Of a stretch of 64,000 nucleotides of DNA, positions 10,461 to 20,709 are shown one piece after another. The notes under the pieces were generated by a model that saw nothing but the letters and a program-made list of their open reading frames with translations, did not search any database and was not told the DNA's origin. The stretch comes from Candidatus Bathyarchaeota archaeon (GTDB lineage Archaea > Thermoproteota > Bathyarchaeia > Bathyarchaeales > Bathycorpusculaceae), in assembly GCA_963707955.1 (NCBI GenBank), contig OY970176.1:1792001-1856000 (forward strand), written 5' to 3'. Positions within the stretch are counted from its first letter, which is position 1. Every line of letters starts with the position of its first letter. Made by a program: the position numbers and the translations under genes.

Positions 10461-12524
10461 CTAAGACTCCTTATTTGAACTCTCAGTCTCACTCTTCTTC
10501 GTCTTCGAGCGTCTAAACCTGTACACTTCTAATGCCAGAACGAAGACGATTGCCAACGCGATCACGAGTATCGTGGCGAACTCGCTTGTTTCAACTAGCA
10601 ATCCTCCTAGGACGATGTACTTGCTTATTGTGACCTGAATCGTCGTTGAATTCTCGACGGTTAATCCTTGGGTCACAATCGGCTGGGTCGAATCACCCAG
10701 AAACAAGACAACTTCCAGGTTTCCTCCAATCACGTTGTTGAACGTCGCAATTCCGTCCGCTTTTGTCGGCGGCGCAGACATCGTAGGCTCTCCTTCCCTC
10801 TGCAGTTTCACGTTCACGTTTCCAATGCCCTGACCAAAATAATCAACCACCTTCACAGAGACTGTCAAGTCGTAGAGGTCGCATTGCACCATCGCACTCT
10901 GGTTCTGGAACAGATCTACAGTTGTTTCGTTAAGCATTATTCCGCTCTTGTCGTACACCATTACACTGTATATGCCCAAAGGAGGGTTAAACGTAGCACT
11001 TCCATTTTCGTCAGTGTACTGTTCATAAAGAGGTTCACCAGACATTTCTTGAACCCTTACCAGCGTGTTATTGAACGGTTGTCCGCGTGACTCAGTGGCG
11101 ATGACTCGTAACACCAAGGTAGGACAGCTGACCGTCACGTTATACCACGCCACAGCCGTTTCATTCATCAAAAGTTGAAAATTCGACGTCACGTTGAACG
11201 ATGTGCCGTAACGGGTTACGTTCAAGCCGTATTCTAAATCGGGCAACAGAGAATGAATTATGGCAGTGCCATTGAGATCTGTAGTGAATGTCTCGTTCAA
11301 CGGCGTTAAATATATTCCAGCATCAGGAATGCTAGTGTTAGCTGATGAGACCTGGACCTTCAAGTTGGTGAGGTTGCAGACAAGGTCCAGCGAGGCAGTA
11401 TCATTAACCTCTATCCCCCGCTCGCCAACGATCTCGTTCTGAGTGGTCGCGTTACACGTGTAGCTACCAACCTCAAGGTTTAACGCTGCTAGGCCAGTTG
11501 TATCAGTTGTCTCAGCGTCCGCAACGGTTCCGTTCTCAAACGCTACGACGGTCACGCCTGAAACAGGTTCTTCGGCAAGATTCCTCGCAGTGACGTTCAC
11601 TGCAAAACCAGGCACTGCGAAGGTTTGGATGTCAGGTGGGTTCTTAACCGTGGGTCCTGACGACGAGAAGACGCTGACAGTGTAGTTCCCTACCGACGTG
11701 TCTGCAGGCACAGTCCAGTTATAGTTAATCAAACCTGAAGGGTCTGTCAGGTTGTAAATGTTGTTTCCTGCTATCGTGATTGTGACATTTTCGTTCGGCT
11801 CATAGACAGCCTTGATGTTTACTGTTTGATTCCTGTGATACTGGGTCGCGTTTGTCAAACCGACGTAGAAAGTCTGATAACTCATCGTGGTGTTAAGCAA
11901 TGCCGTATAGTTACCCACGAAGTGCGTGTTGGCGCCCGCTGAGAAATCGTTTGGATAGTTTGCAGTTGCAGTCCCGTTTCCCAAAGTCGAGGTTGGTCCA
12001 ACGTTAAGCATATTTACGTACGACACGTTGGTCGGAGCTTGGACAGTGATGTTTGCGACATAAGTCATGCCTGATGCGCCCCCAGTTACGTTGACAGAAA
12101 TCGGTATCGAGTCATTTTCCTGTAACGGTTCTGCCATTGTAGGTATGACAAGCGAGTATGATGTCGTAACGTTGAAAGTTGCAGTGGCGTTGTCGTGAGT
12201 AGCAACGTCCACAACTGTAACATTGTGGTTGTTGCCTGCAGTGGTTTGAGGGACAATAAATGTTGCGTTTACGCTGTTTGCGCTAGAAGTGCCGCTCGCA
12301 GTCAGGTCTTGATCAAAATAAACGTCGTACTTGCCGTTCGCCGTGGTTACATTTGCAGTTACTGTCACAAGTGTTCCAACGTTTCCAGTATCAGGGTTCA
12401 ATCCCATTATCGACATCCCAGCCACTGCTTTGGGCAAGAGAGAAAGGGTGATCAAACCCGATGTCAATATAAGAATTAGACATGTCAATCGTTCAATCGT
12501 TTTAAGCCGAGTCTTCATCAGCAT
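10461..12524 (-). CDS. Membrane-anchored cell-surface glycoprotein with Ig-like / carboxypeptidase-regulatory-like repeats
   Basis: N-terminal signal peptide, many N-x-S/T sequons, repeated TDxxGxA motifs, C-terminal TM helix with a basic tail. Confidence 0.75.
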   Translation of the reverse strand: MLMKTRLKTIERLTCLILILTSGLITLSLLPKAVAGMSIMGLNPDTGNVGTLVTVTANVTTANGKYDVYFDQDLTASGTSSANSVNATFIVPQTTAGNNHNVTVVDVATHDNATATFNVTTSYSLVIPTMAEPLQENDSIPISVNVTGGASGMTYVANITVQAPTNVSYVNMLNVGPTSTLGNGTATANYPNDFSAGANTHFVGNYTALLNTTMSYQTFYVGLTNATQYHRNQTVNIKAVYEPNENVTITIAGNNIYNLTDPSGLINYNWTVPADTSVGNYTVSVFSSSGPTVKNPPDIQTFAVPGFAVNVTARNLAEEPVSGVTVVAFENGTVADAETTDTTGLAALNLEVGSYTCNATTQNEIVGERGIEVNDTASLDLVCNLTNLKVQVSSANTSIPDAGIYLTPLNETFTTDLNGTAIIHSLLPDLEYGLNVTRYGTSFNVTSNFQLLMNETAVAWYNVTVSCPTLVLRVIATESRGQPFNNTLVRVQEMSGEPLYEQYTDENGSATFNPPLGIYSVMVYDKSGIMLNETTVDLFQNQSAMVQCDLYDLTVSVKVVDYFGQGIGNVNVKLQREGEPTMSAPPTKADGIATFNNVIGGNLEVVLFLGDSTQPIVTQGLTVENSTTIQVTISKYIVLGGLLVETSEFATILVIALAIVFVLALEVYRFRRSKTKKSETESSNKES

Positions 12525-12730
12525 TTCCCCTCGCAGTTCGAATGAAACGTGTGAACAACTCTAGCACTGAGACCATTTTAAACTTTACCTTTGTCTCTGC
12601 CTCTTGAACGATTTGCTTAGCGCATGAACGGTTCGAGCATAAACAATGCTGAGTCGTTACGTAAGAGTTGGCCGAAAGATGAATTAGGTTCGCAGGGGAA
12701 TAGTACGGCTTGCCCTTTGAGTTGTTAGAA

Positions 12731-13912
12731 ATGATCGACGAGATTCTAGAACTCGTTCAGAGCCATGAAGAGTGGCGTGGAAAGGAATGCTTGAACCTAA
12801 TACCCTCAGAGAACGTCATGAGTCCGGCTGTCAGAGCCCTGCTCTCATCCGAGCTTGCACATCGCTACACCGCAAGAGACCGTTACTACATGGGCACACG
12901 TTTCACGGACCAAATCGAGCAGTACGGCGAGAAGGTTGCAAGGGAACTTTTCAAAGCTGAAACTGCGGATTTACGCCCTCTCTCAGGCCACATTGCCGAC
13001 CTGATCGTTCTAGCTAACCTGACGAAACAGAATGAAACACTAATGTGCGTTTCTCCGGATGACGGCGGGTACCCTGGAATGTGGAGAGACGGCCTGGCAG
13101 GCCTCCTTAAGCTTAACGTAACACCTTTCCCGTTTTCGAAGAAAGACATGAACATAAAAGTTCAGGCGGCCCAAGAAATCATACCTAAGGCAAAGCCAAA
13201 AGCCGTTATCTTCGGTGCAAGTTTGATCACTTTTCCTCATCCCGTCAAAGATCTGGCCAAAGTTGCACGCGAAAACAGTGCAATCGTAGGGTTTGACGGT
13301 TCACACGTTCTGGGGCTGATCGCCGGCGGCCAGTTTCAGGACCCGTTGAGAGAAGGCGCACAAGTTCTTTTCGGGTCGACTCATAAGAGCTTTTTTGGTC
13401 CTCAAGGAGGCATAATCTTGGCGAACAAAGAAACTGGAGAGTTCCTGAAAGAGAAAATATACCCGGCCTTCGTTGACAACGCTCACTGGAATCGAATCGC
13501 TGCACTGACCTTGGCTCTGGCTGAGATGAGAAATTTCGGCAAAGACTACGCGTTACAAGTCGTTCGGAACTCAAAGACTCTGGCCAAGAGTTTGCATGAC
13601 CTTGGCTTTCCAGTTATCTGCAGCCATCTTGGCTTCACCAAATCACATCAGGTAATCTTGGACTATGGAGACGTAAGAAAAGCAAGAAGCGTCGCCGAAA
13701 AACTCCAGCGTGCAAACATAATCGTTGATTGCGTCATCAGAGTCGGCACTTGCGAGGTTACAAGGCGTGGGATGAAGGAGGCTGATATGTTGAGAGTAGC
13801 TGAACTACTAAGAAGGGTAATCATAGACGAGGAAAGGCCAGAAGCGGTCAAGAATGACGTGGCTAGGCTATGCAGTGAATTCCAGAAAGTTGAATACTGT
13901 TTTGACCAGTAA
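12731..13912 (+). CDS. glyA: Serine hydroxymethyltransferase-family PLP enzyme (divergent)
   Basis: LIPSEN, DGSHVLGLIAGG, STHKSFFGPQGG (PLP Lys) and IRVGT..TRRGM motifs. Confidence 0.75.
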   Translation: MIDEILELVQSHEEWRGKECLNLIPSENVMSPAVRALLSSELAHRYTARDRYYMGTRFTDQIEQYGEKVARELFKAETADLRPLSGHIADLIVLANLTKQNETLMCVSPDDGGYPGMWRDGLAGLLKLNVTPFPFSKKDMNIKVQAAQEIIPKAKPKAVIFGASLITFPHPVKDLAKVARENSAIVGFDGSHVLGLIAGGQFQDPLREGAQVLFGSTHKSFFGPQGGIILANKETGEFLKEKIYPAFVDNAHWNRIAALTLALAEMRNFGKDYALQVVRNSKTLAKSLHDLGFPVICSHLGFTKSHQVILDYGDVRKARSVAEKLQRANIIVDCVIRVGTCEVTRRGMKEADMLRVAELLRRVIIDEERPEAVKNDVARLCSEFQKVEYCFDQ

Positions 13913-13976
13913 AACTCTTTATCTTGCGTATTGCTAAATTTCCAAAGGTTCACATGGTGTTTAAGAGTGACATGCA

Positions 13977-14939
13977 ATGGAGACATTGGCTCCTTCTTCG
14001 CTCATTGATGCTCTGAAGAAGCAAAAGTATCACCTGGTTGGCCAGCATTCGGCAGTGAAAAGATGTAGATGGTTCCATGAAACCCTGATCCATGATAGAG
14101 AATGCTACAAGCAAAAGTTCTACGGCATCAAGACGCATCAGTGCATACAAATGACACCCGCAGCATTCTACTGCACTCAGCAGTGTCTTTTCTGCTGGCG
14201 AACTCAAAGCGGAGAACTTCAAGCCTCGTGGGAAGAGACAAACATGCCAACGTGGGATTCTCCAGAAGAGATCGTGCAGAAAAGCCTCAAAGCCCAGCAT
14301 GCGATCTTGAGTGGATACATAGGGAACCCCAAAACAAACAGGCAAAAATACACGGAAGCATTGACGCCCAAACACGTAGCTATAAGCCTGACTGGCGAAC
14401 CGACTCTCTACAAACCTCTGGGAGAGTTGATCCAAGTCTTCCACAGGAAGGGGTTCACCACATTTCTGGTTTCAAACGGAACTCTGCCTTCCGCTTTGGC
14501 AGAACTAACCGAAGAGCCCACTCAGCTTTACATTTCTGTCTGTGCTCCAGACGAAGAAACCTATAAGCGTGCTTGTCGTCCACAGATCTCGCGAGGCTGG
14601 GAAAAACTGAACGAAACCCTATCGCTGTTGCCCAGCTTCAAATGTCCAACGGTAATGCGAATAACGTCAGTCCGCGGCCTAAACATGAAAAACCCAAAAG
14701 CATACGCTGCACTTATCGAGAAGGCAGACCCGACCTACGTTGAAGCTAAGGCCTACATGCACGTAGGCTTCTCCAGACTTAGATTAGATTATGAGGCCAT
14801 GCCGAGCCACGGCGAGATGCAACAGTTTTCGGCGCAGTTGGCGAACGAAACAGGCTACAATTCCATCGATGAATCGCCAGAAAGCCGCGTTGTACTGCTG
14901 AGCAGGCTTCAAAACCCAATAAAATTCTGCAATGATTAG
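13977..14939 (+). CDS. taw1: 4-demethylwyosine synthase (radical SAM, TYW1/Taw1)
   Basis: HSAVKRCRW, CYKQKFYGI, CTQQCLFC, ISLTGEPT and KAYMHVGFSR motifs. Confidence 0.92.
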   Translation: METLAPSSLIDALKKQKYHLVGQHSAVKRCRWFHETLIHDRECYKQKFYGIKTHQCIQMTPAAFYCTQQCLFCWRTQSGELQASWEETNMPTWDSPEEIVQKSLKAQHAILSGYIGNPKTNRQKYTEALTPKHVAISLTGEPTLYKPLGELIQVFHRKGFTTFLVSNGTLPSALAELTEEPTQLYISVCAPDEETYKRACRPQISRGWEKLNETLSLLPSFKCPTVMRITSVRGLNMKNPKAYAALIEKADPTYVEAKAYMHVGFSRLRLDYEAMPSHGEMQQFSAQLANETGYNSIDESPESRVVLLSRLQNPIKFCND

Positions 14940-15080
14940 ACCGCGTTGCAAACAATTCATGTTCAAGTAACCTTGACGTAGTTGAATGTGTTTCTTTGAA
15001 TTAGGTGAGAACAAACCTTAAATATTGCCTCATTCATTAGCCTTGACCTTGAACTGAAAATTGAATCGAGGTGTTAACAA

Positions 15081-15272
15081 ATGGTTTGTGATGGAAGAGG
15101 CCGCCTGTTCAGAAGGAAGGACGGAAAGTACTTGATCTACCTGCCTAAGGACTTTGCAGAAGACAGTATGTTTCCGTTCAAAGGCTCTGACTCCGTGTTT
15201 GTGAAAGTGGCCTTCAAGTTCGGGGACAACAAGCTGCTGATAGAGAAATGGAAAGAGCCCGCGGTCGAATAG
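15081..15272 (+). CDS. Small hypothetical protein (AbrB-like beta pattern)
   Basis: 63 aa with GAGGTG SD and upstream TATA-like CTTAAATA; KYLIYLPKDF pattern. Confidence 0.6.
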   Translation: MVCDGRGRLFRRKDGKYLIYLPKDFAEDSMFPFKGSDSVFVKVAFKFGDNKLLIEKWKEPAVE

Positions 15273-15791
15273 AGAATGGCTCTTCGAGAACAATGACTTC
15301 TTATCCCATTCTCGCAGCGTGACATTTCATTTTGAACAATTGAAGATAGCCCGCTTTCTCATTCCTGGATTCGCTTGCGGTGTGGGTTGTACTTCTTGAG
15401 TTGCTTCGTCTGCAGCTGAAATTGTGTCTCGGGAAACGAGAAGCATCGTTTGGAGGGCGTGACTCAACCTTACTATACTTCAGGAAAGGAATCTAGGGGC
15501 ATAAATATGCTCCGGTCAATGGTTCTCGGGTTTTCGGTGTGTTAGTTCGCTTACGCTCTACCCCTCCGGTTCACTATATGATCCAAATATGATTCAACAA
15601 AAACCGCGCGCGTGTCTGTGCGACCTGAAACTCTCAACTTGAAAGAGGAAATTCGGGAATACGATTGCGCGCATGCGCCAAGTATGATTGAATGAAGTAT
15701 TGCAGCCGAGTGTTTATCTTCAATCGTCCCCTCGACACTAAACATTATATTCTGATTTTCGCATTGTTAACTGTGAACTGGTGTTGTTCAA

Positions 15792-16436
15792 ATGCCTACC
15801 CTAAAAGCTGTCTTAAGTGTCGTGAGAAAGGACCTCATCTTCAGAGACGAATTGCGCGAGAAGTCTCAAGGAGACATGCGGAAAGTGACGAGTCTTTCGA
15901 AGCAGGCGATACTTTTGATTCATCAGAAACGGTTGGAGGAGGCCGAGAAACTTGTCGCGAGAGCAGGTGAGACTCTTTCGAAGCTTTGGGACACTTCGGC
16001 TGCTCATCCAGACATCATTTACACTGGCTTGTTTAGCGCTGCGCTTCAGGAGTATTCTGAGGCAAACATTTTCTTGAGACTGGTTGAGGAATCTAGGTTC
16101 TTAACTCCTAAGGAAATCCAAGTGCCCTCAGCAGATTATGTCTTGGGGTTAGCAGACGTTATAGGCGAGTGCAGGCGCCTAGTGCTCGACGCCTTGCGTG
16201 AGGGGAACGCTGAGAGAGCTGAAAACTGTTTGCAGAGAATGGACGAGATCTTCATTGAACTTATGGGTATGGACGAGTCTTACATGCTGGTTCCTGGTTT
16301 GAGGAGAAAATGTGATGTTGCGAGAAAGCTCATTGAGATCACACGGGGGGACGTGACCCAGGAAATTCGAAGAAGCATGCTTGAAGAACACTTGAAACAA
16401 GTCGAAAAAAGCCTGAGAAAACGAAGACGCACTTGA
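15792..16436 (+). CDS. Translin/Trax (C3PO-like) endoribonuclease
   Basis: LQEYSEA, YVLGLADVIGE and LRRKCD motifs of archaeal translin-family proteins. Confidence 0.85.
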   Translation: MPTLKAVLSVVRKDLIFRDELREKSQGDMRKVTSLSKQAILLIHQKRLEEAEKLVARAGETLSKLWDTSAAHPDIIYTGLFSAALQEYSEANIFLRLVEESRFLTPKEIQVPSADYVLGLADVIGECRRLVLDALREGNAERAENCLQRMDEIFIELMGMDESYMLVPGLRRKCDVARKLIEITRGDVTQEIRRSMLEEHLKQVEKSLRKRRRT

Positions 16437-16443
16437 GACAATT

Positions 16444-17154
16444 GTGAAGGGCAGAATGACACGCGTCGGACTGAAACCCGCATTCTCAGCGAAAAAGGCT
16501 CATGAAGCTCAGAGGCGCTTATCTGAACACATTATTTCTGAGGACAAGGCTCCACAGAGAATCCGTCTGATAGGAGGCGTCGACGTTGCTTATGTTGAAG
16601 GCGCTTCAATCGCAGCTGTGGCAGTTTTGGATTTTGGTTCTATGAAGCTGAAAGAGTCACAAACAGCTATATGCCCGACACGTTTCCCCTACATTCCAAC
16701 ATTGCTTGCCTTCAGAGAAATCCCTCCAGCGCTCCTGTGTATTCGAAAGCTGCGTGTTCAGCCTGACGTTTTCCTTGTCGACGGACACGGTTTCGCTCAT
16801 CCATATCGCTGTGGATTTGCGAGCCATCTCGGACTCGTGATGAGGAAACCTACGGTAGGAGTTGCAAAAGGGATTTTGGTTGGGGAGGTTGAGCGCACGA
16901 AGGTTGAAGGAGACGTTGCCTTCATACGCGACAAAGGAGAAGTGATCGGTGCTCAGATCGTCTCAAAGCGTGGACTCAAACCCATCTGTGTTAGCGTTGG
17001 GCACATGGTTTCACTGGGAACAGCCATAGAGATCGTTAAGCAATGTACACTTTACAACCGTGTTCCGGAACCAGTCTTACAAGCTCACAGAATAGCCACG
17101 GCTGAAAAAAGAAAAGTCAATATCTCCACTGCAGCAGTAACATGTAACGAGTGA
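16444..17154 (+). CDS. nfi: Endonuclease V
   Basis: GVDVAY, FPYIPTLLAFRE, VDGHGFAHP..GFASH, GVAK, VSVGH and PEP..AH motifs. Confidence 0.93.
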   Translation: MKGRMTRVGLKPAFSAKKAHEAQRRLSEHIISEDKAPQRIRLIGGVDVAYVEGASIAAVAVLDFGSMKLKESQTAICPTRFPYIPTLLAFREIPPALLCIRKLRVQPDVFLVDGHGFAHPYRCGFASHLGLVMRKPTVGVAKGILVGEVERTKVEGDVAFIRDKGEVIGAQIVSKRGLKPICVSVGHMVSLGTAIEIVKQCTLYNRVPEPVLQAHRIATAEKRKVNISTAAVTCNE

Positions 17155-17161
17155 ATGAAAA

Positions 17162-17870
17162 TTGCTGAACCCACAACTGAGAGAATTGGCGAACAAGATC
17201 CGTGACAAGTCTCTTCGAAAAAAAACTATCGCTTTGCTTGAGGCACCAACATTCGAAGCAAACGGCAAAACGTACTCGGGAATGCCTCTTGAAATCTCGC
17301 CGGTCTGGGAGAAGCCACCATCATTCCTACCCTGGAGGTTACTTGGAGCATGTTGTTTCAGCGACAAACATCGCATTAGCGATGTGTGAGACTGCGGAGA
17401 AAATCTACCATGGGAAAGTGAACCATGACCTCGTCATAGCTGGGATGTTGTTGCATGACGTTTTCAAGCCGGCAACATACTTCGTGAACAAGGATGGACG
17501 CTACGGGTCGACACCTCTAGCAGATTATCTGGATCACCTGTTGATTGCAACTTCAGAGCTTGTTCGAAGGGGTTTCCCGCTGGAGTTGATTCACATAGTG
17601 GCCGCGCATCACGGAGAATATGGCCCGATTAGGCCCCGAACGCTTGAAGCCTTGATCTGCCACCTAGCAGACTTTGCGGACTCACGACTTAACGGTGAAG
17701 TCTTGAGCGCGGCGGCCTACCTGACGAGAAGAGTCGCCGGTCAGGAACTGTTTGGAATGACTTCGAAGGAAGCTTTCGAAATAGTCCATTCGAAGTCTGT
17801 CGAAGGTTGGGAAGGCGTTGCAAGAACTGTAGAAAGGTTAAGCCGCAAAAAGAAAGGACGCAAGCCTTAA
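17162..17870 (+). CDS. HD-domain phosphohydrolase (YhaM-like HD region; extra base near 17304)
   Basis: Corrected frame reads SPAGRSHHHSYPGGYLEH...LLHDVFK...AHHG...P.TLEA..CHLADFADS. Confidence 0.8.
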
Positions 17871-17910
17871 TAGTCGACTCAAATGAGAAGTGCGAAAAGG
17901 TGATTTGCAG

Positions 17911-18237
17911 ATGGAGATATCGTTTGAGGAGTTTCAGAATCTTGACATCCGCGTCGGAAAAATCTTGGAAGCGAATCAGATTCCAGGCTCCCGAAACCTC
18001 ATTAGAATGATTGTTGACTTTGGAACTGAAAAGAGACAGGCGGTTGCAGGGCTGCTGCAATGGTACAAGCCTGAACAGCTTGTGGGCAAGAAATGCGCCT
18101 TCATCCTCAATTTACAGAGACGAAAACTCATGGGAATAGAATCGCAGTGCATGATCTTTGCGGCCGAAGACGACAAGGGTAGTGTTGTGATTCTTCAACC
18201 AGAGAAGGATATTGCGGAAGGCAGCAAGGTACACTAA
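17911..18237 (+). CDS. Stand-alone tRNA-binding OB domain (Trbp111/CsaA/MetRS C-terminal-like)
   Basis: ISFEEFQNLDIRVGKI, VDFG..RQ.VAG and NL..RKLMGIESQ motifs. Confidence 0.88.
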   Translation: MEISFEEFQNLDIRVGKILEANQIPGSRNLIRMIVDFGTEKRQAVAGLLQWYKPEQLVGKKCAFILNLQRRKLMGIESQCMIFAAEDDKGSVVILQPEKDIAEGSKVH

Positions 18238-18253
18238 TCTGGGCAACTTTTTT

Positions 18254-19522
18254 CTAGCCAGTAAATTTGATTATTGCCTCAGCTTTTTCTTCGCTTTCAG
18301 CTACGTATTCAACCATTTCCTGGTCTAGGTCAAGCCACTTGGCAAGTCCAGCCGCCATTTCCACGTTGTTCTTGAAGATTATTCTCAAGTAGGGAAGTAC
18401 CTCTTTCGATGCTCTGACGGTTGAAATGTGGCATCTTCGCTTGATTTTGGATCCTATGCTGCGCTGAATTGCACGTTCAGCCCTGGACCTTGACAGCATC
18501 TGTATGCGCTGGGGGAACTTGAAGGGTATCCACCCAGATGTTTTGGTGCCCTGTCTAGCCATGGCCACGCCGGCGGTCATGTAGTCAATTACATAACGCA
18601 AGAAGCTCCAGTCTCGAGTTGCACGGATTCTGCCACGGTAGACATCCGCCACTGCCAATGCATCCATGGCATTAGCCAAGTCATGCGGGTCTGTAAAGTG
18701 CGCTGGAACGTTCTCATAGATCCATTCAAAGAGCATGTCAACGTCAACGTCAGCCATGTCCACCGCCTGCTTTGCGCCGAAACATGTTTTACCGTAGAAT
18801 ATCATTCTTAACACGTTGAAAATGCTGTCTTGTCGGTCGCGGTAGCCAAGCCAAGAAACATCTTCGTAGGTTAGCTTCTTCTTGCCCTGTCCGAGAGCCT
18901 GAAGGTCGTTCACAGCTGACCGTATGTCGCCTCCCGAGCGTTGAGCAATGAACTTAAGCGCGTTTTCATCTGACTGTATTCCCTCTTTTTCGCAAATCTT
19001 CTTGAGGTGTTTCGCGACTTCGCTTGCAGGCGGTTTCTTGAGCTCTATGAGGAGGCAATAGTTGCGAAGGCTAGAAAAACGTGGGTCGTACGCGTTGTTG
19101 GCGATTAGAACGATAGGGCACTGTGCTGTTTTCGCGACGTCAGTTATCGCTTTGACGCCTCCCCGGTCTGCAGTTCCAGTCAAACCGTCCAGTTCGTCTA
19201 GAAGGATGATTCTTTTTCCGCCGAACAAAGATCCATACTGCGAAGCGAGGCCAGCAAAGCGGTTTATCGCTTCTTCGGTTCGGTAGTCGCTGGCGTTTTT
19301 CTCTACAAACTCCATTTTATACTCGTTTGCGATGGCCTCCACAGTGACAGTTTTTCCGATGCCTGGTGATCCGTAGAGAAATGCGCATCTCTTTTTCGGT
19401 ACGCCTTTTTCCCATGATTTTATCCAGTTGACAAACTGTTGGATGGCTTCAGTGTTTCCTACAATTTCGGTCAGTGATTTTGGTTTGTGTCTAACGGTCC
19501 AGGCATCGTACAAGTCTAGCAC
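18254..19522 (-). CDS. rfcL: Replication factor C large subunit
   Basis: GSPGIGKT, NASDYR, LDELD, GDIRSAVNDLQ and WIYEN motifs. Confidence 0.93.
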   Translation of the reverse strand: MLDLYDAWTVRHKPKSLTEIVGNTEAIQQFVNWIKSWEKGVPKKRCAFLYGSPGIGKTVTVEAIANEYKMEFVEKNASDYRTEEAINRFAGLASQYGSLFGGKRIILLDELDGLTGTADRGGVKAITDVAKTAQCPIVLIANNAYDPRFSSLRNYCLLIELKKPPASEVAKHLKKICEKEGIQSDENALKFIAQRSGGDIRSAVNDLQALGQGKKKLTYEDVSWLGYRDRQDSIFNVLRMIFYGKTCFGAKQAVDMADVDVDMLFEWIYENVPAHFTDPHDLANAMDALAVADVYRGRIRATRDWSFLRYVIDYMTAGVAMARQGTKTSGWIPFKFPQRIQMLSRSRAERAIQRSIGSKIKRRCHISTVRASKEVLPYLRIIFKNNVEMAAGLAKWLDLDQEMVEYVAESEEKAEAIIKFTG

Positions 19523-20494
19523 CTATTCTGCGTTCTTTAGTTCGTCACCTGCTTCAACAAGCCTGGCCAATAGTGCGCTCAACTGCACCTCTTCATCCGC
19601 GCCCTCAACAAGTCTATAGTCTACTTCACCAACGATGTCGGCAAGCTTGATCTTCCACTTTTCAGGCGTGTCTGATCTGAAGATTTCTGTGTGGATTTGG
19701 CGAATCAGGTCACTTCCAGACACGCCGTATTTCTGAATCATGTCGCGCAACTGCTTTCTCGCCTCCACAAAGTTGCCGTCCATGGCAACCTTGATCATTT
19801 TTTGCACGTCTGCCGGACTGGCCCTTCCAGTTATTGAGTACACGATTTTTGCATCTATGGGTTTACTCAACGACGCGGCTGACTGCAGGGTGTTGATTGC
19901 CTTTCTCAAGTCTCCGCCACAGACTTCAAAGATAGCGTCTAAGCCGTCAGATGAGATCTTCAATTTTTCTTTTTCAGCAATCTCCTTCAAATAGCGGTCC
20001 TGCTCTTCTCTGGGCAAATGCGTGAAACGGAAGGGTGCGCATCTTGACTGGATGGGTTCTATTATTCTTCCGCTGTAGTTTGCGCACAGGACGAAACGGC
20101 ATGTTTCCGTGAAGCGTTCCATCGTTCGCCTGAGAGCTTGCTGTGCGTCTGAGGTCATGTTGTCCGCTTCGTCCAGAATCATTATCTTAAACGGGATGTC
20201 TCCGATGGATTTGACTCTGGCGAAAGTCTTCACAGTTTCCCGAACAACATCAATTCCTCTCTCGTCACTCGCGTTCAACTCCATAATATGCTCTCTATAC
20301 ACATCACCATAAAGATCTCTTGTTAGGCAGAGAGCAACCGTTGTCTTCCCTGTTCCAGGCGGGCCAGCAAAGATGCAATGCGGCACGTTTCTTGACTTAG
20401 TGAAACTCTTTAAGCGTTCGACAATCTCCTTTTGATCGACCATCTCGCTTAACCTTTTAGGCCTGTACTTTTCAGCCCACATCTCAAAACTCAA
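19523..20494 (-). CDS. rfcS: Replication factor C small subunit
   Basis: WAEKYRP, GPPGTGKT, LNASDERG, LDEAD and SRC motifs; no intein. Confidence 0.95.
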   Translation of the reverse strand: MSFEMWAEKYRPKRLSEMVDQKEIVERLKSFTKSRNVPHCIFAGPPGTGKTTVALCLTRDLYGDVYREHIMELNASDERGIDVVRETVKTFARVKSIGDIPFKIMILDEADNMTSDAQQALRRTMERFTETCRFVLCANYSGRIIEPIQSRCAPFRFTHLPREEQDRYLKEIAEKEKLKISSDGLDAIFEVCGGDLRKAINTLQSAASLSKPIDAKIVYSITGRASPADVQKMIKVAMDGNFVEARKQLRDMIQKYGVSGSDLIRQIHTEIFRSDTPEKWKIKLADIVGEVDYRLVEGADEEVQLSALLARLVEAGDELKNAE

Positions 20495-20709
20495 CCTGAA
20501 TTATCCTCCTAGTTTATACGTAGTTTTCATGTACTAATAAAAGTATATTTGAGCAGAGAAGCCTGCCTTCCTCTATTTTATTGGCTTTGTGTTGGAAAAA
20601 TCGTTGGTTCTGAAGGATGTTTCCTTTCTAGCTCAAAGTAACGCTTAAATGCTGACTGATTTTACTCACTTTGCGCTAAAAAACTGGAAATTTGAAGGGA
20701 GTGAGAAAA

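Noticed and set aside
15300-15790. Possible gene in the gap before translin
   Set aside because: Only short, motif-less frames without a convincing SD or start
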